NCBI GenBank assembly: GCA_007693605.1
Contig: REDG01000027.1
Location: forward strand, 1 to 41,018
Direction of reading: 5' to 3'
Origin: Bradymonadales bacterium
Lineage (GTDB): Bacteria > Bdellovibrionota > UBA2394
Length of the DNA: 41,018 bases
Position numbers and translations under genes: made by a program. Shown piece after piece: positions 28,769 to 39,146 of this stretch (its first letter is position 1; each line of letters begins with the position of its first letter). Below the pieces are notes generated by a model. The model saw only the letters and a list, made by a program, of their open reading frames with translations, was not told the DNA's origin and made no database searches.

Positions 28769-30958
28769 TTATCGAGAAGGTCCAGCGTCATTCCGCCATT
28801 TTTGACCCCCAACGGCGTCTAACCTTCGTATAGTAGACCCCGAGCTTCGAAGCCGGTCAAGAACAGAAGGATGCGGAAAAGCGTATTGATTCTGTCGTCC
28901 GCAGCTTATCCACACCTTTTGAGGTCTTAGGCGTTCGAGTAGCTGAGGCCCCGTGCTCGTGTTCGAGCCGTGATGGGCGATCTTTAGTAGGCCCAATCCA
29001 GCACTTGGGATCTCTATCTGTCTACTCTGAAGCCAGTTCAACAGTCGCCTCTCCCCAAGCCTCCCAACATCCCCCAAGAAGACGGCCAAGAGCTGCCGAT
29101 CTTTCCTCTGATAGAGATAGTTGAGAATGGAATCTGAATTTCTAACGGGTGGCAGAACCCCATCTCTCGGGCTTCTGGAGATCTGACTGAACGCGCCAAA
29201 ACAAAAGTTCTGACTGCAAATCTCGCCTGAAGAGTCTTGAATGGCCACAAGCTTTCCCAAGAATCGATCCCTTAAGTTCTTGGCGAAAAACTCACTCTCG
29301 TCCTGTCGCGGTATCCAAAGCTCTTCAAATCGAATCCTATCGGCCAAGGCTTCAAAGGCACCGGCATGATCGAGATCAAAGTGGCTTAGCACCCAAAGGT
29401 CTAGACTCTGAATCCTGCGCTGACGGAGCCAGTCTCTCATTCGCTCCCCTAGGCCCCCATCAATCAGAATTCTCTTGTCCTCCATTTGAATGAAAAACGC
29501 GTCACCCTGACCCACATCCCACATTTCAACCTGCAAGCCTTCTACGGCCCCCTTGGAAAATGAAATTTGACTAAGGGCCCCAAACAACACGGGCGTCAAA
29601 AGCACAAAGGCCCATCGCATTCGCCGAAGCGATGCCGGCTGAATCAGTAGAAAGATGAGAGCGCAAAGCAAAAAAATTGCGAACATCCCCATATAGGGGC
29701 TCAAGCCCACGACTTTCGAAAAACTGGAATCAAGCTGCATCAGGCCCTCAACAAAGCGCTGATTGAAGGACTCAACCCACTGGAATCCGAACAAAGCAAG
29801 CGCTTGAACAGGCAGAAAAATGATAAAAAAGAATGAAACAAAGATTAGATTTAAGAAACTTGAAATCCAATGAATCTCGTTTCCCATACTGTGGCTCAAA
29901 AGAAAAACTCCGAGGCTTGTTTGAAGGCTTGCAAGAGCCCAGGTCGAGAAGTCTCGGCCTGAGAGTTCCGATCGAAGAAGAATCCAACAAGCGCCAAAAG
30001 AAAACCAGTAGCCGGGCCTCCAAAAATAGTCTGGTTGAACAATCAAAGTACCCAGCCCTAACAAAGCCAGCAAATCGCTTGGCGGATATCGTATCGAGTC
30101 TTTCCAAAGGATGGGGCCGAACAAGAATATGCTCGCACAAAGAATGGCTCGATTGATGGAGACACCTGGAGGAAACCAGAACCACAGAAAAGTGAGGGCG
30201 AGAACAAAACCAATGCGAAGAGGCCAAAGAAACTCAGACTTGAAAGCGAGGGACAAGCCCCACTTCAAAATGAACCAAAGCGCAAAACTAAAGAGGCCAA
30301 CATGAAGGCCCGAAATCACAAAGAGATGAGACAGACCCAGGCGATGAAGCGAGCGCCAAAGTTCGCGCCCCAAAGAAGCCGACTCTCCCCGCAAAAAAAG
30401 AGCTCTAAATCGAGCAATCCACCCCTCTTCCTCATCAGACCCGAAGCGGACTCGAAAGGAATCTTCTGACTTTGACAGGCGAAGGCGTCCAAGCATCTTT
30501 CTTTGGGTTCGAATCCGTTCTAGAGAGTTGAAGGGAAGCTCAAAACTGGCCGTGGGAACAAGGCGAGCGAGTCTCTCGTATTCAAAGTCAAAATCGGGAT
30601 GTCCAGAAACGAGAGCAAAGGCTCGAACTCCCAGTGCCTGGTGATTGACAGCCCTTAGCCGCACTCGGGAATCAAATCGGCGATGCTCAACCACCTCAAA
30701 GCTCCAAAGCTCCTCTTTGTGCCGCAAGGCTTGTAAGCCCGACAAGGCCTTGATATCCGTCTGATTCTTGAAAACCCCAAACAGCGCCCCGGCCACGAAG
30801 CTCAGACATAGAACCCACCGAAGTCGTGGCTTGATGAGAAATATGAGAGCGAGAACCAAGCAAAACCAAAGACCTGGCCGATAAAAGAAACTAAAGATTC
30901 CGAGTGAAAACGAGAGCCAAAGAAAAAAGAAGCGATCCACCTCCGAAGGGGGAAGCAA
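28769..30958 (-). CDS. comEC: ComEC/Rec2 competence protein (competence TM plus MBL domain)
   Basis: GLSHLFVISGLHVG, DVGQGD, SHFDLDHAG, KIAHHGS, N.YAFPHP; start uncertain. Confidence 0.88.
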   Translation of the reverse strand: MLPPSEVDRFFFLWLSFSLGIFSFFYRPGLWFCLVLALIFLIKPRLRWVLCLSFVAGALFGVFKNQTDIKALSGLQALRHKEELWSFEVVEHRRFDSRVRLRAVNHQALGVRAFALVSGHPDFDFEYERLARLVPTASFELPFNSLERIRTQRKMLGRLRLSKSEDSFRVRFGSDEEEGWIARFRALFLRGESASLGRELWRSLHRLGLSHLFVISGLHVGLFSFALWFILKWGLSLAFKSEFLWPLRIGFVLALTFLWFWFPPGVSINRAILCASIFLFGPILWKDSIRYPPSDLLALLGLGTLIVQPDYFWRPGYWFSFGACWILLRSELSGRDFSTWALASLQTSLGVFLLSHSMGNEIHWISSFLNLIFVSFFFIIFLPVQALALFGFQWVESFNQRFVEGLMQLDSSFSKVVGLSPYMGMFAIFLLCALIFLLIQPASLRRMRWAFVLLTPVLFGALSQISFSKGAVEGLQVEMWDVGQGDAFFIQMEDKRILIDGGLGERMRDWLRQRRIQSLDLWVLSHFDLDHAGAFEALADRIRFEELWIPRQDESEFFAKNLRDRFLGKLVAIQDSSGEICSQNFCFGAFSQISRSPRDGVLPPVRNSDSILNYLYQRKDRQLLAVFLGDVGRLGERRLLNWLQSRQIEIPSAGLGLLKIAHHGSNTSTGPQLLERLRPQKVWISCGRQNQYAFPHPSVLDRLRSSGSTIRRLDAVGGQKWRNDAGPSR

Positions 30959-31074
30959 ACTTCAGTCCTCCTCGGTCGGACAAAAATTTTGGCCCCTCAG
31001 GCCGTCCCCAACCTGAAAGTCGGAAACATCTGTCTACTAGACCGAAAGATCTGGAAGACTAAACGGGAAGCTCG

Positions 31075-31605
31075 CTAAAACCTGAAGGAGGACTGAATCC
31101 CAAAGCTGGCGGCACCCGCCTCGAATTTACTCCAATGAGCCATCGCCTCATGAATGAAGCCGAGATAGAACTGACCGACAAATGAAATGGCAAACTCTCG
31201 CTCTCCGAGCATCCAAAGCGGCCCCGCATGGCCTCGAAAAGCAACCCCCAACATATGCGCCGTATAGCCCTTTGTACGAAGCATCCAAACGGGGCCAGTG
31301 TAAGCTCCATAAGCGAAGAAAAACTTTCTGTGCCGAGGGCCCAAGTCGTACTTTTGTTCCAGCCCTAGGCCTCCCATCAAACCGGCGGTTTTAGGTCCGA
31401 CCCTCCCTTCGCTCAGCGCCACCAGTCTGAGGTCTCCAAAATCCCTTGTCTGATACTCCTTCAAACTCCAAGTCAGACCAAACTGTGTCCAACCGATTCT
31501 CTCCTGACTCGGATCTTTCCACAGCGACCAAGAATAACCAATATGTGGCTGCGGAAATTGTGTAAGGAAGAGACTGGAACTAAGAAAAACAAGATTCAAC
31601 AACAT
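31075..31605 (-). CDS. Hypothetical exported protein, possible small beta-barrel
   Basis: Hydrophobic N-terminus, Gly/aromatic alternating strands, C-terminal Phe; 2-bp gap after uvrC. Confidence 0.55.
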   Translation of the reverse strand: MLLNLVFLSSSLFLTQFPQPHIGYSWSLWKDPSQERIGWTQFGLTWSLKEYQTRDFGDLRLVALSEGRVGPKTAGLMGGLGLEQKYDLGPRHRKFFFAYGAYTGPVWMLRTKGYTAHMLGVAFRGHAGPLWMLGEREFAISFVGQFYLGFIHEAMAHWSKFEAGAASFGIQSSFRF

Positions 31606-31607
31606 CT

Positions 31608-33428
31608 CTATTCATCCTGACTGAAATGGGTTCGCACTGCACTCAAAAGTCGCGGACTAATCACCTTCATCAAATCAAAGTCTTCTGCCTCTAAAATCTT
31701 ATCGATAGAGCCGAATTCCCTCAAGAGCTTCATTCGATCCGACTTCTTCATTCCCGGCACCGCATCAAGTTCAGAGCGGCTAAAGCTCTTCAGTCGTCGT
31801 TGTCGATGAAATTCAATCGCAAAGCGATGGGCCTCGTCTCGAAGCTGAACCAAAAGTCGCTCGGGGGCCGAGTCGGGCTTCAAAAGGACTGGATTCTTTC
31901 GATGGCTCAAAAAAACTCGCTCTCTATTTTTGGGATTCAAGGGATTGAGGCTTTCGCTCCCCTCGCGAGCTTTAGCCAAGGATACCACCTCAACCTGATC
32001 TGATATCTCAAGTTCGCTCAAGACCGCCAGTCCGACGGCAAGCTGGCCTTTTCCGCCATCGACCACCAACAAATCTGGAAGTTCTTCTTGGGTTCGATAC
32101 CTTCGACTCAAGACTTCCTTCATGGAAGCAAAATCATCAATTCGATCCGTCTCTAAAATGAATTTGCGATAGAACCCCTTGTTCGGTTGCCCCCTCTCGA
32201 AGCGAACAACAGAGCCGACAATCTCGTCTCCCTGATGGTGAGAAATGTCTACACAATCAATAATGGTCGGTAACTTCTTCAGGTGAAGCTCCCTCTGAAG
32301 CTCCTGAATGGAGTCTTTATGCTTCTCTTCGCTCACCCGCCTATTCTCTAGAAAAGAGACGGCATTCGCCTCTGCCATCTCGAGAAGCTTTTTCTTCTCT
32401 GAAGACCTGGGTTTGATCACCTGAAATCGCTCCCGAAACATCTCGATGTCAGAGGCTTCTCTGACGATGACTTGCTTGGGTTGAAAGACTTCTTGTTGAT
32501 AGTATTGACTAAGAAATTGTGAGACCAGTTGATCCGAATCTAACTCTACTTGATCAAACTCAAAGTTTCGAAAGTCCCACAGCTTGCCGCTCCGAACAAA
32601 CAAAAGACTAATCACCACGCCAAATTCGTCCCTGGCCAAGCCAAGTACATCAAAGTCGACCCCCATTCTACCCTGCTCATGGGCATAAATACTTTGCTCC
32701 TTCAAGCTGGCCTCTATCGCCTGAATCTGATCTCTGAAAATGGCTGCGGCTTCATAGTCTTCTTCTTCTACGGCGGCCTCCATTCTTTGCTTGAGAGAGC
32801 CCACAAGTTGATCGGTATCCCCACGAAAGAAGAGTTTTACGGACTCCACCAACTTTCGGTAGTCCGATGAGCTAATGAGCCCTACGCAAGGGGCGACACA
32901 TCTTTTAATCTCGTACTCCAAGCAAGGGCGAGAGCGATTATAAAGCTTGGCATCGCTACAAGTTCTCAAAGGAAAGGCCTTCTGCAAAACCTTCAGAGTC
33001 TCTTTCAGTCTCAATCCCGAAAGAAAAGGCCCGAAATAGACCGCACCATCTCTTTTTATTCTTCGAGTCACTTCGATTGTCGGCCATTCGTGCTTGAGGT
33101 CGAGCCGCAGACTCAAGTAACGCTTATCGTCTCGCAACCGAATATTGTAGGGCGGACGATATTTCTTAATGAGTTCATTTTCTATAAACAGAGCATCGTT
33201 CTCTGATGTGGCCACCAAAAAATCTATCTTCGTCGTCTTCTCACGAATGAACTGAACAAAGGGCCGCCGATCAAGGGCCTCCTTTGTGAAGTACTGTCGC
33301 ACGCGGTCACGAAGGGATTTGGCCTTTCCCACATACAGAACTCTTTGAGCGCTTTCTCCGCCTTTGAAAATATAACAACCCGTCTTTTTTGGGAGGGATT
33401 TGACTTGAAGTTGAATAGAGGCGTCCAT
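31608..33428 (-). CDS. uvrC: Excinuclease ABC subunit C
   Basis: GIY-YIG (GCYIF..YVGKAKSLR), Cys-rich region, DISH, DGGKGQ, RDEAHRFA. Confidence 0.96.
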   Translation of the reverse strand: MDASIQLQVKSLPKKTGCYIFKGGESAQRVLYVGKAKSLRDRVRQYFTKEALDRRPFVQFIREKTTKIDFLVATSENDALFIENELIKKYRPPYNIRLRDDKRYLSLRLDLKHEWPTIEVTRRIKRDGAVYFGPFLSGLRLKETLKVLQKAFPLRTCSDAKLYNRSRPCLEYEIKRCVAPCVGLISSSDYRKLVESVKLFFRGDTDQLVGSLKQRMEAAVEEEDYEAAAIFRDQIQAIEASLKEQSIYAHEQGRMGVDFDVLGLARDEFGVVISLLFVRSGKLWDFRNFEFDQVELDSDQLVSQFLSQYYQQEVFQPKQVIVREASDIEMFRERFQVIKPRSSEKKKLLEMAEANAVSFLENRRVSEEKHKDSIQELQRELHLKKLPTIIDCVDISHHQGDEIVGSVVRFERGQPNKGFYRKFILETDRIDDFASMKEVLSRRYRTQEELPDLLVVDGGKGQLAVGLAVLSELEISDQVEVVSLAKAREGSESLNPLNPKNRERVFLSHRKNPVLLKPDSAPERLLVQLRDEAHRFAIEFHRQRRLKSFSRSELDAVPGMKKSDRMKLLREFGSIDKILEAEDFDLMKVISPRLLSAVRTHFSQDE

Positions 33429-33430
33429 AT

Positions 33431-35428
33431 TCAATCTTTGACTTGAATGACCTTGCCCTCAAAAACTGTCGCCTCTTGAAGCGTTCTCATTCGATCTCGT
33501 ATTTTTGCAGCCTTTTCAAAATCGAGCTCTTTAACCGCCTTAAGCTTTTCTGCCTCCAAAACTTTCAGATCATTCCCCAAATGCTCCAAAGAGGGTGCGA
33601 CTTCCACTTCGATAAAGCCCTGTTCACGAGCCACCTCTTCCAGGCTCTTCTGGAGTTCTCGTTGAATTTTTTCTGGCTTGATGCCGTTGTCGAGATTGAA
33701 CTGTTCTTGCAGCTTCCGCCGCTCGTCGGTGATTTGAATACACTCCTGCATCGAAGTGGTCACTTCATCGGCAAAAAAGGCCACGCGACCGTTGAGATTT
33801 CGGGCGGCGCGACCGCACATTTGTAAAAGCGAAGTTTTTGACCGTAGAAAGCCTTCTTTGTCAGCATCCAAGATCGCCACCAAACTGACCTCTGGAAGGT
33901 CTAGGCCCTCTCTCAAGAGATTGATGCCCACCAAAATGTCGTAAACCCCCGCTCTGAGATCTTTCAGCAGCTGAGATCTCTCCATCGTTTCAACATCGGC
34001 ATGCATATACCTCACCCTGAAGCCCAGCTCATTGAGATACTGACATAGATTTTCTGCACTCTTTTTGGTCAAGGTCGCCACGAGCGTCCGTTCTCCGTTC
34101 GTGATTTGCTCTCGGAGCAATTCAACCAACCGATCAACTTGGTTGGTGGCCGGATAGATATTGATTTTAGGATCCAACAAACCGGTAGGTCGCACCACCT
34201 GCTCTACAATTCGCCCTTCAGACCTCTTCATTTCAAAGTCGGCTGGCGTTGCCGAAACATAAACACACTGCCCCATGCGATCCAAGAATTCTTCAAACTT
34301 TAGGGGACGGTTGTCGAGTGCTGAAGGAAGACGAAATCCATGATCTACGAGAACTTGTTTGCGAGAACGATCCCCTCGATACATCCCCCCTATTTGAGGA
34401 ATGCTGACATGACTCTCATCAATGAACAAAAGATAATCCTTAGGAAAATAATCAATCAATGTGTAAGGCGACTCCCCCTCAGCTCGCCCGGTGAGGTGTC
34501 GAGAATAGTTTTCAATACCCGGACAAAAGCCAAGTTCACGAAGCATTTCTAAATCAAAGTTTATTCTCTGCTCGAGCCTCTTTGCCTCCAACACTTTCCT
34601 TTCATTCTTTAGCTCCGCAAGTCGTTGAGTAAACTCCTTTTCAATAGCTTCAATGGCAGACTGAAGACGGCTTTGCGCGGTAATGTAATGGGTGGTTGGA
34701 TAAATGGATACCCGATCCAGGGTTCTCATTTTTTTTCCAGTGAGAGGATCAATCTCAGACAGCCGATCAATATAGTCCCCAAACAATTCCACTCGAACGG
34801 CGCGTCTCTCTTCTGAGGCTGGAAAAATCTCGATGACATCCCCTCTCACGCGAAAACAGCCCCTCGCGAATTCATCGTCTCTACGCGAGTAACGAAGCAA
34901 GTCAAGCTCGGCAATCAGCTCTTCTCGCTTTATCTTTTGGTTGTTTGACAACGAGATCAACATCGCCCGGTAGTCTTCGGGTGATCCCAAACCATAAATG
35001 CAAGAGACCGAGGCCACCACAATCACATCCCTTCTCTCAAGAAGGGATCGCGTGGCAGAGTGCCGCATCTTATCGATCGTTTCGTTAATGGCTGAATCTT
35101 TCTCGATATAGGTGTCTGTGGAGGGCACATAGGCCTCGGGCTGATAATAATCAAAGTAACTCACAAAATACTCGACCGCATTTCTTGGGAACAAGTCTCG
35201 AAACTCCATGAAGAGCTGAGTGGCGAGAGTCTTGTTGTGAGCGATCACTAAGGTTGGTCGGTTAAAGTGAGCGATGACATTGGCCATGCTGAAGGTTTTG
35301 CCAGATCCGGTAATCCCCAACAGCACCTGCTCGTTGACTCCGGCCTCAATCCCTTCGATCAAAGATCGTATGGCCGAAACTTGCCCTCCCGCAGGCTTGA
35401 ATTTTGTTTCTAACTCAAATTTCTTCAT
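33431..35428 (-). CDS. uvrB: Excinuclease ABC subunit B
   Basis: GITGSGKT, YFDYYQPEAY, DESH, GFRLPSALDNRPL, GRAAR, UVR domain. Confidence 0.97.
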   Translation of the reverse strand: MKKFELETKFKPAGGQVSAIRSLIEGIEAGVNEQVLLGITGSGKTFSMANVIAHFNRPTLVIAHNKTLATQLFMEFRDLFPRNAVEYFVSYFDYYQPEAYVPSTDTYIEKDSAINETIDKMRHSATRSLLERRDVIVVASVSCIYGLGSPEDYRAMLISLSNNQKIKREELIAELDLLRYSRRDDEFARGCFRVRGDVIEIFPASEERRAVRVELFGDYIDRLSEIDPLTGKKMRTLDRVSIYPTTHYITAQSRLQSAIEAIEKEFTQRLAELKNERKVLEAKRLEQRINFDLEMLRELGFCPGIENYSRHLTGRAEGESPYTLIDYFPKDYLLFIDESHVSIPQIGGMYRGDRSRKQVLVDHGFRLPSALDNRPLKFEEFLDRMGQCVYVSATPADFEMKRSEGRIVEQVVRPTGLLDPKINIYPATNQVDRLVELLREQITNGERTLVATLTKKSAENLCQYLNELGFRVRYMHADVETMERSQLLKDLRAGVYDILVGINLLREGLDLPEVSLVAILDADKEGFLRSKTSLLQMCGRAARNLNGRVAFFADEVTTSMQECIQITDERRKLQEQFNLDNGIKPEKIQRELQKSLEEVAREQGFIEVEVAPSLEHLGNDLKVLEAEKLKAVKELDFEKAAKIRDRMRTLQEATVFEGKVIQVKD

Positions 35429-36885
35429 GCCGTTGCTGAGTTCGGTCTCCCTCTTTTCATCGCCAGCTCAAGCCGCTTCAAAACCTGCTCAGCTCCCAGA
35501 AGCTTCGCAAGGGGAATCAACTCGGGGCCGGTAAAACTTCCGGTGATGGCGGCACGAAAAGGAAAAAACAGAGCCTTACCCTTGAGGCCAAGACTCTTGC
35601 CCGCCCCCTTAATCTCTTCTGCCAACACTAGCTCAACCGAACTGCCCTCCGCAGTCATTCGCTCTTTTGTCGCAGAATACACCGTACCCAACAGCTTCTG
35701 AGTATCTTCTGAGGCGAGAAGATTTTGCACCTCAGGATCGGATTGATAGTCCGGCTCCTTGAGATAGGCCTCAACCTTTCTGAAATCCGTCAACACTTCC
35801 GCACTATGCTTTACCAGAGCGATCGCTTGACTCCAACGATCTTGCCATTCGGGCATCTGACAGGGCACTAGTTTCGCAAGCTCTGACTCACTCAAGTCTT
35901 GTATGTGCTGGCCGTTCAAAAACTTGAGTTTCTGAAAATCAAAGAGTGCACGGCTCTTATTCACTCGCTCCAAATCAAATCGCTGAATCAGTTCATTCAT
36001 GGAAAACTTCTCGCCCGTGACGGAAGTGTCACCAGGCGACCAACCCAAGAGCGCCAAGTAGTTCACCAGGCCGGAGGGCAGATAACCATCATTTTTAAGA
36101 TTCTCAATCGACAGACTACCCGCGCGCTTCGAAAATTTTCCTCCATCGGAATCTCCGATCATCGGCAAATGGGCAAAAACGGGTTCGCTAAATCCCAGTG
36201 CGCGATAAATCAAAACCTGACGAAAGGTGTTCGAAAGATGATCCTCGCCTCGAGTGACATGGGTGATCTCCATCAAAGCGTCGTCTACTGCATTCGCAAA
36301 CAGAAACACGGGCACCCCGTTTGATCGAAACAGAACAAAATCGCCGATCACTTCGGGGCTCATCTTCACCTCTCCCCGAACGGCATCTTTGATGACAATC
36401 GGATCGGAGCTTTCATCCACCAGCATTCGCCAAACAAACTTCTCTCCTGCATCTGCCCTCTTTTGAGATTCTTGGTCAGAGAGTTGGCGGTACCGACCCG
36501 AATATTTAATGGGCCTTCCTTGAGACACTTGAAGCTTTCTTTCCTGTTCCAATTCTTCAGGGGTGGCAAAGCAGCGGTATATTCGAGTCAGCTTAGAGAG
36601 TTTTTTCAAATAGCTCTCATAAAGGGAGGATCGCTCAGAGCAGCGATAGGGTCCGACAGGTCCGCCTTTCTGGGGGCCCTCATCCCACTCAAGCCCTAGC
36701 CAGAGCAGATCACGATAAATGGCCTCTTCAGAGCCTTCGACCAATCTCTCTTGGTCAGTGTCTTCAATTCTGAGAATGAACTGGCCCTGGCAGTGCCTCG
36801 CATACAAAAAAGCAAACAGAGCGGTTCGTGCATTTCCTAGATGAAGAAAGCCGGTTGGGGAGGGGGCAAATCGAGTTCTAACCAT
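35425..36885 (-). CDS. gltX: Glutamate--tRNA ligase
   Basis: RFAPSPTGFLHLGN, LRIEDTD, RGEDH, KFSKR, anticodon-binding domain. Confidence 0.96.
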   Translation of the reverse strand: MVRTRFAPSPTGFLHLGNARTALFAFLYARHCQGQFILRIEDTDQERLVEGSEEAIYRDLLWLGLEWDEGPQKGGPVGPYRCSERSSLYESYLKKLSKLTRIYRCFATPEELEQERKLQVSQGRPIKYSGRYRQLSDQESQKRADAGEKFVWRMLVDESSDPIVIKDAVRGEVKMSPEVIGDFVLFRSNGVPVFLFANAVDDALMEITHVTRGEDHLSNTFRQVLIYRALGFSEPVFAHLPMIGDSDGGKFSKRAGSLSIENLKNDGYLPSGLVNYLALLGWSPGDTSVTGEKFSMNELIQRFDLERVNKSRALFDFQKLKFLNGQHIQDLSESELAKLVPCQMPEWQDRWSQAIALVKHSAEVLTDFRKVEAYLKEPDYQSDPEVQNLLASEDTQKLLGTVYSATKERMTAEGSSVELVLAEEIKGAGKSLGLKGKALFFPFRAAITGSFTGPELIPLAKLLGAEQVLKRLELAMKRGRPNSATA

Positions 36886-36992
36886 AGCTCAGTCATAGCC
36901 TGCATTCGGGGGCCTGACAAAGTCTCCGTGTTTAGAATTCCGATTTTGCTAACTCCCCGATGTCGGGAGACAAAGCAGACAGGCCTGTAGCG

Positions 36993-37490
36993 TCAGTCCC
37001 TCGATTCGGGAGCCAAAAGAAGGCAATGCGCCTGCGCCACAATCCCCTCTTTTCGGCCCACAAAGCCCAAGAAATCTGTCGTGGTCGCCTTCACTGAAAG
37101 GCGAGAGAGAGAGAGGCCCAATAGTTCACACATCCGTTCTCTGATCTGGGGGATATGCAGGGCCAATTTTGGCTCCTGAGCAATCACAACGACGTCTAGA
37201 GAAATCAATTCGTATGAGCTTCGCTGCAGTTCATTTCTCGTCCAGCTTAGAAATTCAGTGCTCGAAACTCCGGCCCATTTAGGGTCGCTTGAAGGAAAGT
37301 GAGTGCCAATATCGCCACCTCCCATCGCGCCAAGAATCGCATCGACGACGGCATGAATCAAAACATCCGCATCGGAATGGCCCGCCAAACCCTTCTTAAA
37401 AGGAATCTGAACTCCCCCAATCCAAAGCTCCCTGCCCTCTTCAAAGGCGTGTGCATCTATGCCTGAACCAATTCTCAAACGATTCCACAT
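36993..37490 (-). CDS. ispF: 2-C-methyl-D-erythritol 2,4-cyclodiphosphate synthase
   Basis: G.D.H, GHSDADV..HA..DA, DIG.HF, KATT. Confidence 0.95.
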   Translation of the reverse strand: MWNRLRIGSGIDAHAFEEGRELWIGGVQIPFKKGLAGHSDADVLIHAVVDAILGAMGGGDIGTHFPSSDPKWAGVSSTEFLSWTRNELQRSSYELISLDVVVIAQEPKLALHIPQIRERMCELLGLSLSRLSVKATTTDFLGFVGRKEGIVAQAHCLLLAPESRD

Positions 37491-38200
37491 GATACAAGGG
37501 CCTCTAGCAGTTTTAGGTCTTCGAACCGAGTGATTTTTGTATTGTAGGGGTCACCCTCTACCTCAGCGACTTGAAAACCCTTTTCGATAAACAAGCTAAT
37601 GTCGTCGGTGAAATTCCGATCAGACGCACTCAAGCTGTCGTGCAACTCCTTCAAAACCGAAAGTCGAAAAGCTTGAGGAGTTTGCGCTCTTCGTAGATGA
37701 GAGCGATCGAGCGGGCTGGGCTGAATTCCCCCTTCCGTCGCACTCACCACCGTGTCTGCAATTTGAAGGCATGGCAGGGCCGCTGGATAGCGCTCAAGGG
37801 CCTGAAGCAGCGTTTTCAAATAGCTGCCCCTAAAGATCGGTCTGGCCGCGTCGTGAACCAGAACAAATGGCACGCTCCTTAAAGCGGCCAAACCCTTTCT
37901 TACAGAGTCTTGCCTTCTTAAACCACCCTCAACAATCTTAAGCTCTGCTTCAAGCTTGCCATACTCCTCAAGGCTCTTTTCAAAAGCCGATCGAGTCTCT
38001 AACGAAACGACTAAGACAAGCTCCTCAATCTTAATCTGAAACAAAGAGTCTAAAGCCCAATGAAGAACCGGCCGGCCCCCCAACAAACACAAGGCCTTCG
38101 AATGGAAGGCCTTGTTGTCGGATTCACCGACACTCTCAACAAATCTTTGGCTCGATCCCGCTGAAACAACAACTGCAGAAACTGCTGTTTCAGGTGTCAT
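37475..38200 (-). CDS. ispD: 2-C-methyl-D-erythritol 4-phosphate cytidylyltransferase
   Basis: GG.RRQDSV, VHDAARP, QTPQAF, TDD, N.KIT..EDL. Confidence 0.93.
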   Translation of the reverse strand: MTPETAVSAVVVSAGSSQRFVESVGESDNKAFHSKALCLLGGRPVLHWALDSLFQIKIEELVLVVSLETRSAFEKSLEEYGKLEAELKIVEGGLRRQDSVRKGLAALRSVPFVLVHDAARPIFRGSYLKTLLQALERYPAALPCLQIADTVVSATEGGIQPSPLDRSHLRRAQTPQAFRLSVLKELHDSLSASDRNFTDDISLFIEKGFQVAEVEGDPYNTKITRFEDLKLLEALVSCGIV

Positions 38201-38205
38201 ATGAC

Positions 38206-38799
38206 TTAAGCTGCAAAGAGCTCTTCGATCTGCGCCTCAACCGTTGGTTCATCGGTGTCTTCAGCGATAGCAAGCTCTCGAACCAAAAGACCCTTAGCCA
38301 ACTCCAACATTTTCTTTTCCCCAAAGGAAAGAACCTTATCTGTTCTCAAGACACAAAGATCTCTTAAAACTTCTGTGATTTCATAAATGGAGCCAGTCTT
38401 AATCTTTTCCATATACTCTCGATAACGACGGTTCCATGTGCTCTGCTCCACAACGATCTTTTTGTCCTTCAGCATACTGTAGACTTTGGACACTTCTGAC
38501 TCATTTGCAATCGGTCGAAGGCCGACATTGGCAACCTTGTTGGTTGGGACCATCACGGTAATATCATTCTCGAGAATCCGAATCATATAAAATGAAATCG
38601 AAATTCCAGAAATTTCTTTTGATTCGATAGACTGAATCTGTCCAACACCGTGGCCAGGATAGACCACTTTCTGGCCTTCTTCGAAATTCATATCCTGAGC
38701 GGGCTTAACTCGCCTCATCGCCTTTCTAGCAAAAGGTGAACGCTTCACAGGACTAGGACGAAACGCATTCGTCCGAACAGCAGCTTTAGAAATACCCAT
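38206..38799 (-). CDS. carD: CarD/CdnL family RNA polymerase-binding regulator
   Basis: F..G.KVVYPGHGVG, WNRRYREY.EKIKTG, LSFGEK; GGAGA SD before ATG 38799, core domain begins 38691. Confidence 0.93.
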   Translation of the reverse strand: MGISKAAVRTNAFRPSPVKRSPFARKAMRRVKPAQDMNFEEGQKVVYPGHGVGQIQSIESKEISGISISFYMIRILENDITVMVPTNKVANVGLRPIANESEVSKVYSMLKDKKIVVEQSTWNRRYREYMEKIKTGSIYEITEVLRDLCVLRTDKVLSFGEKKMLELAKGLLVRELAIAEDTDEPTVEAQIEELFAA

Positions 38800-39146
38800 A
38801 GTTCTCCATACCCCCAAAAAAAGATTCTACATATCCTCTCGGATATCCATTGTTGTCACATTTCGAACATTGGATGCGTTTTTCGCACCTACATATTCTT
38901 ACTCTCACAGCGGTGCGTTTGCCGAAAGGCAAAACCCCCAGGAGTTTGGAAGCTAACACAATTTCAGACGAAAGTAAAGCTCACTCGAACCCCTTGATTT
39001 CACTTGATAAAACCAGCATACTCTAGGCTCCCTCAGCATTCAAGCCCCTAAGCCCAAGTCTCTGACCGGAATCTTCGACGCATTGCAGACTTCGCTTGAT
39101 TGGGCGGTTCTGGCTTCGTTACAGTGTCATCAAGGGGACAGGGGAT

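Noticed and set aside
38915..38940. c-di-GMP-I riboswitch (GAAA tetraloop hairpin)
   Set aside because: No second stem or tetraloop receptor recognisable; the GAAA-loop orientation is opposite to carD
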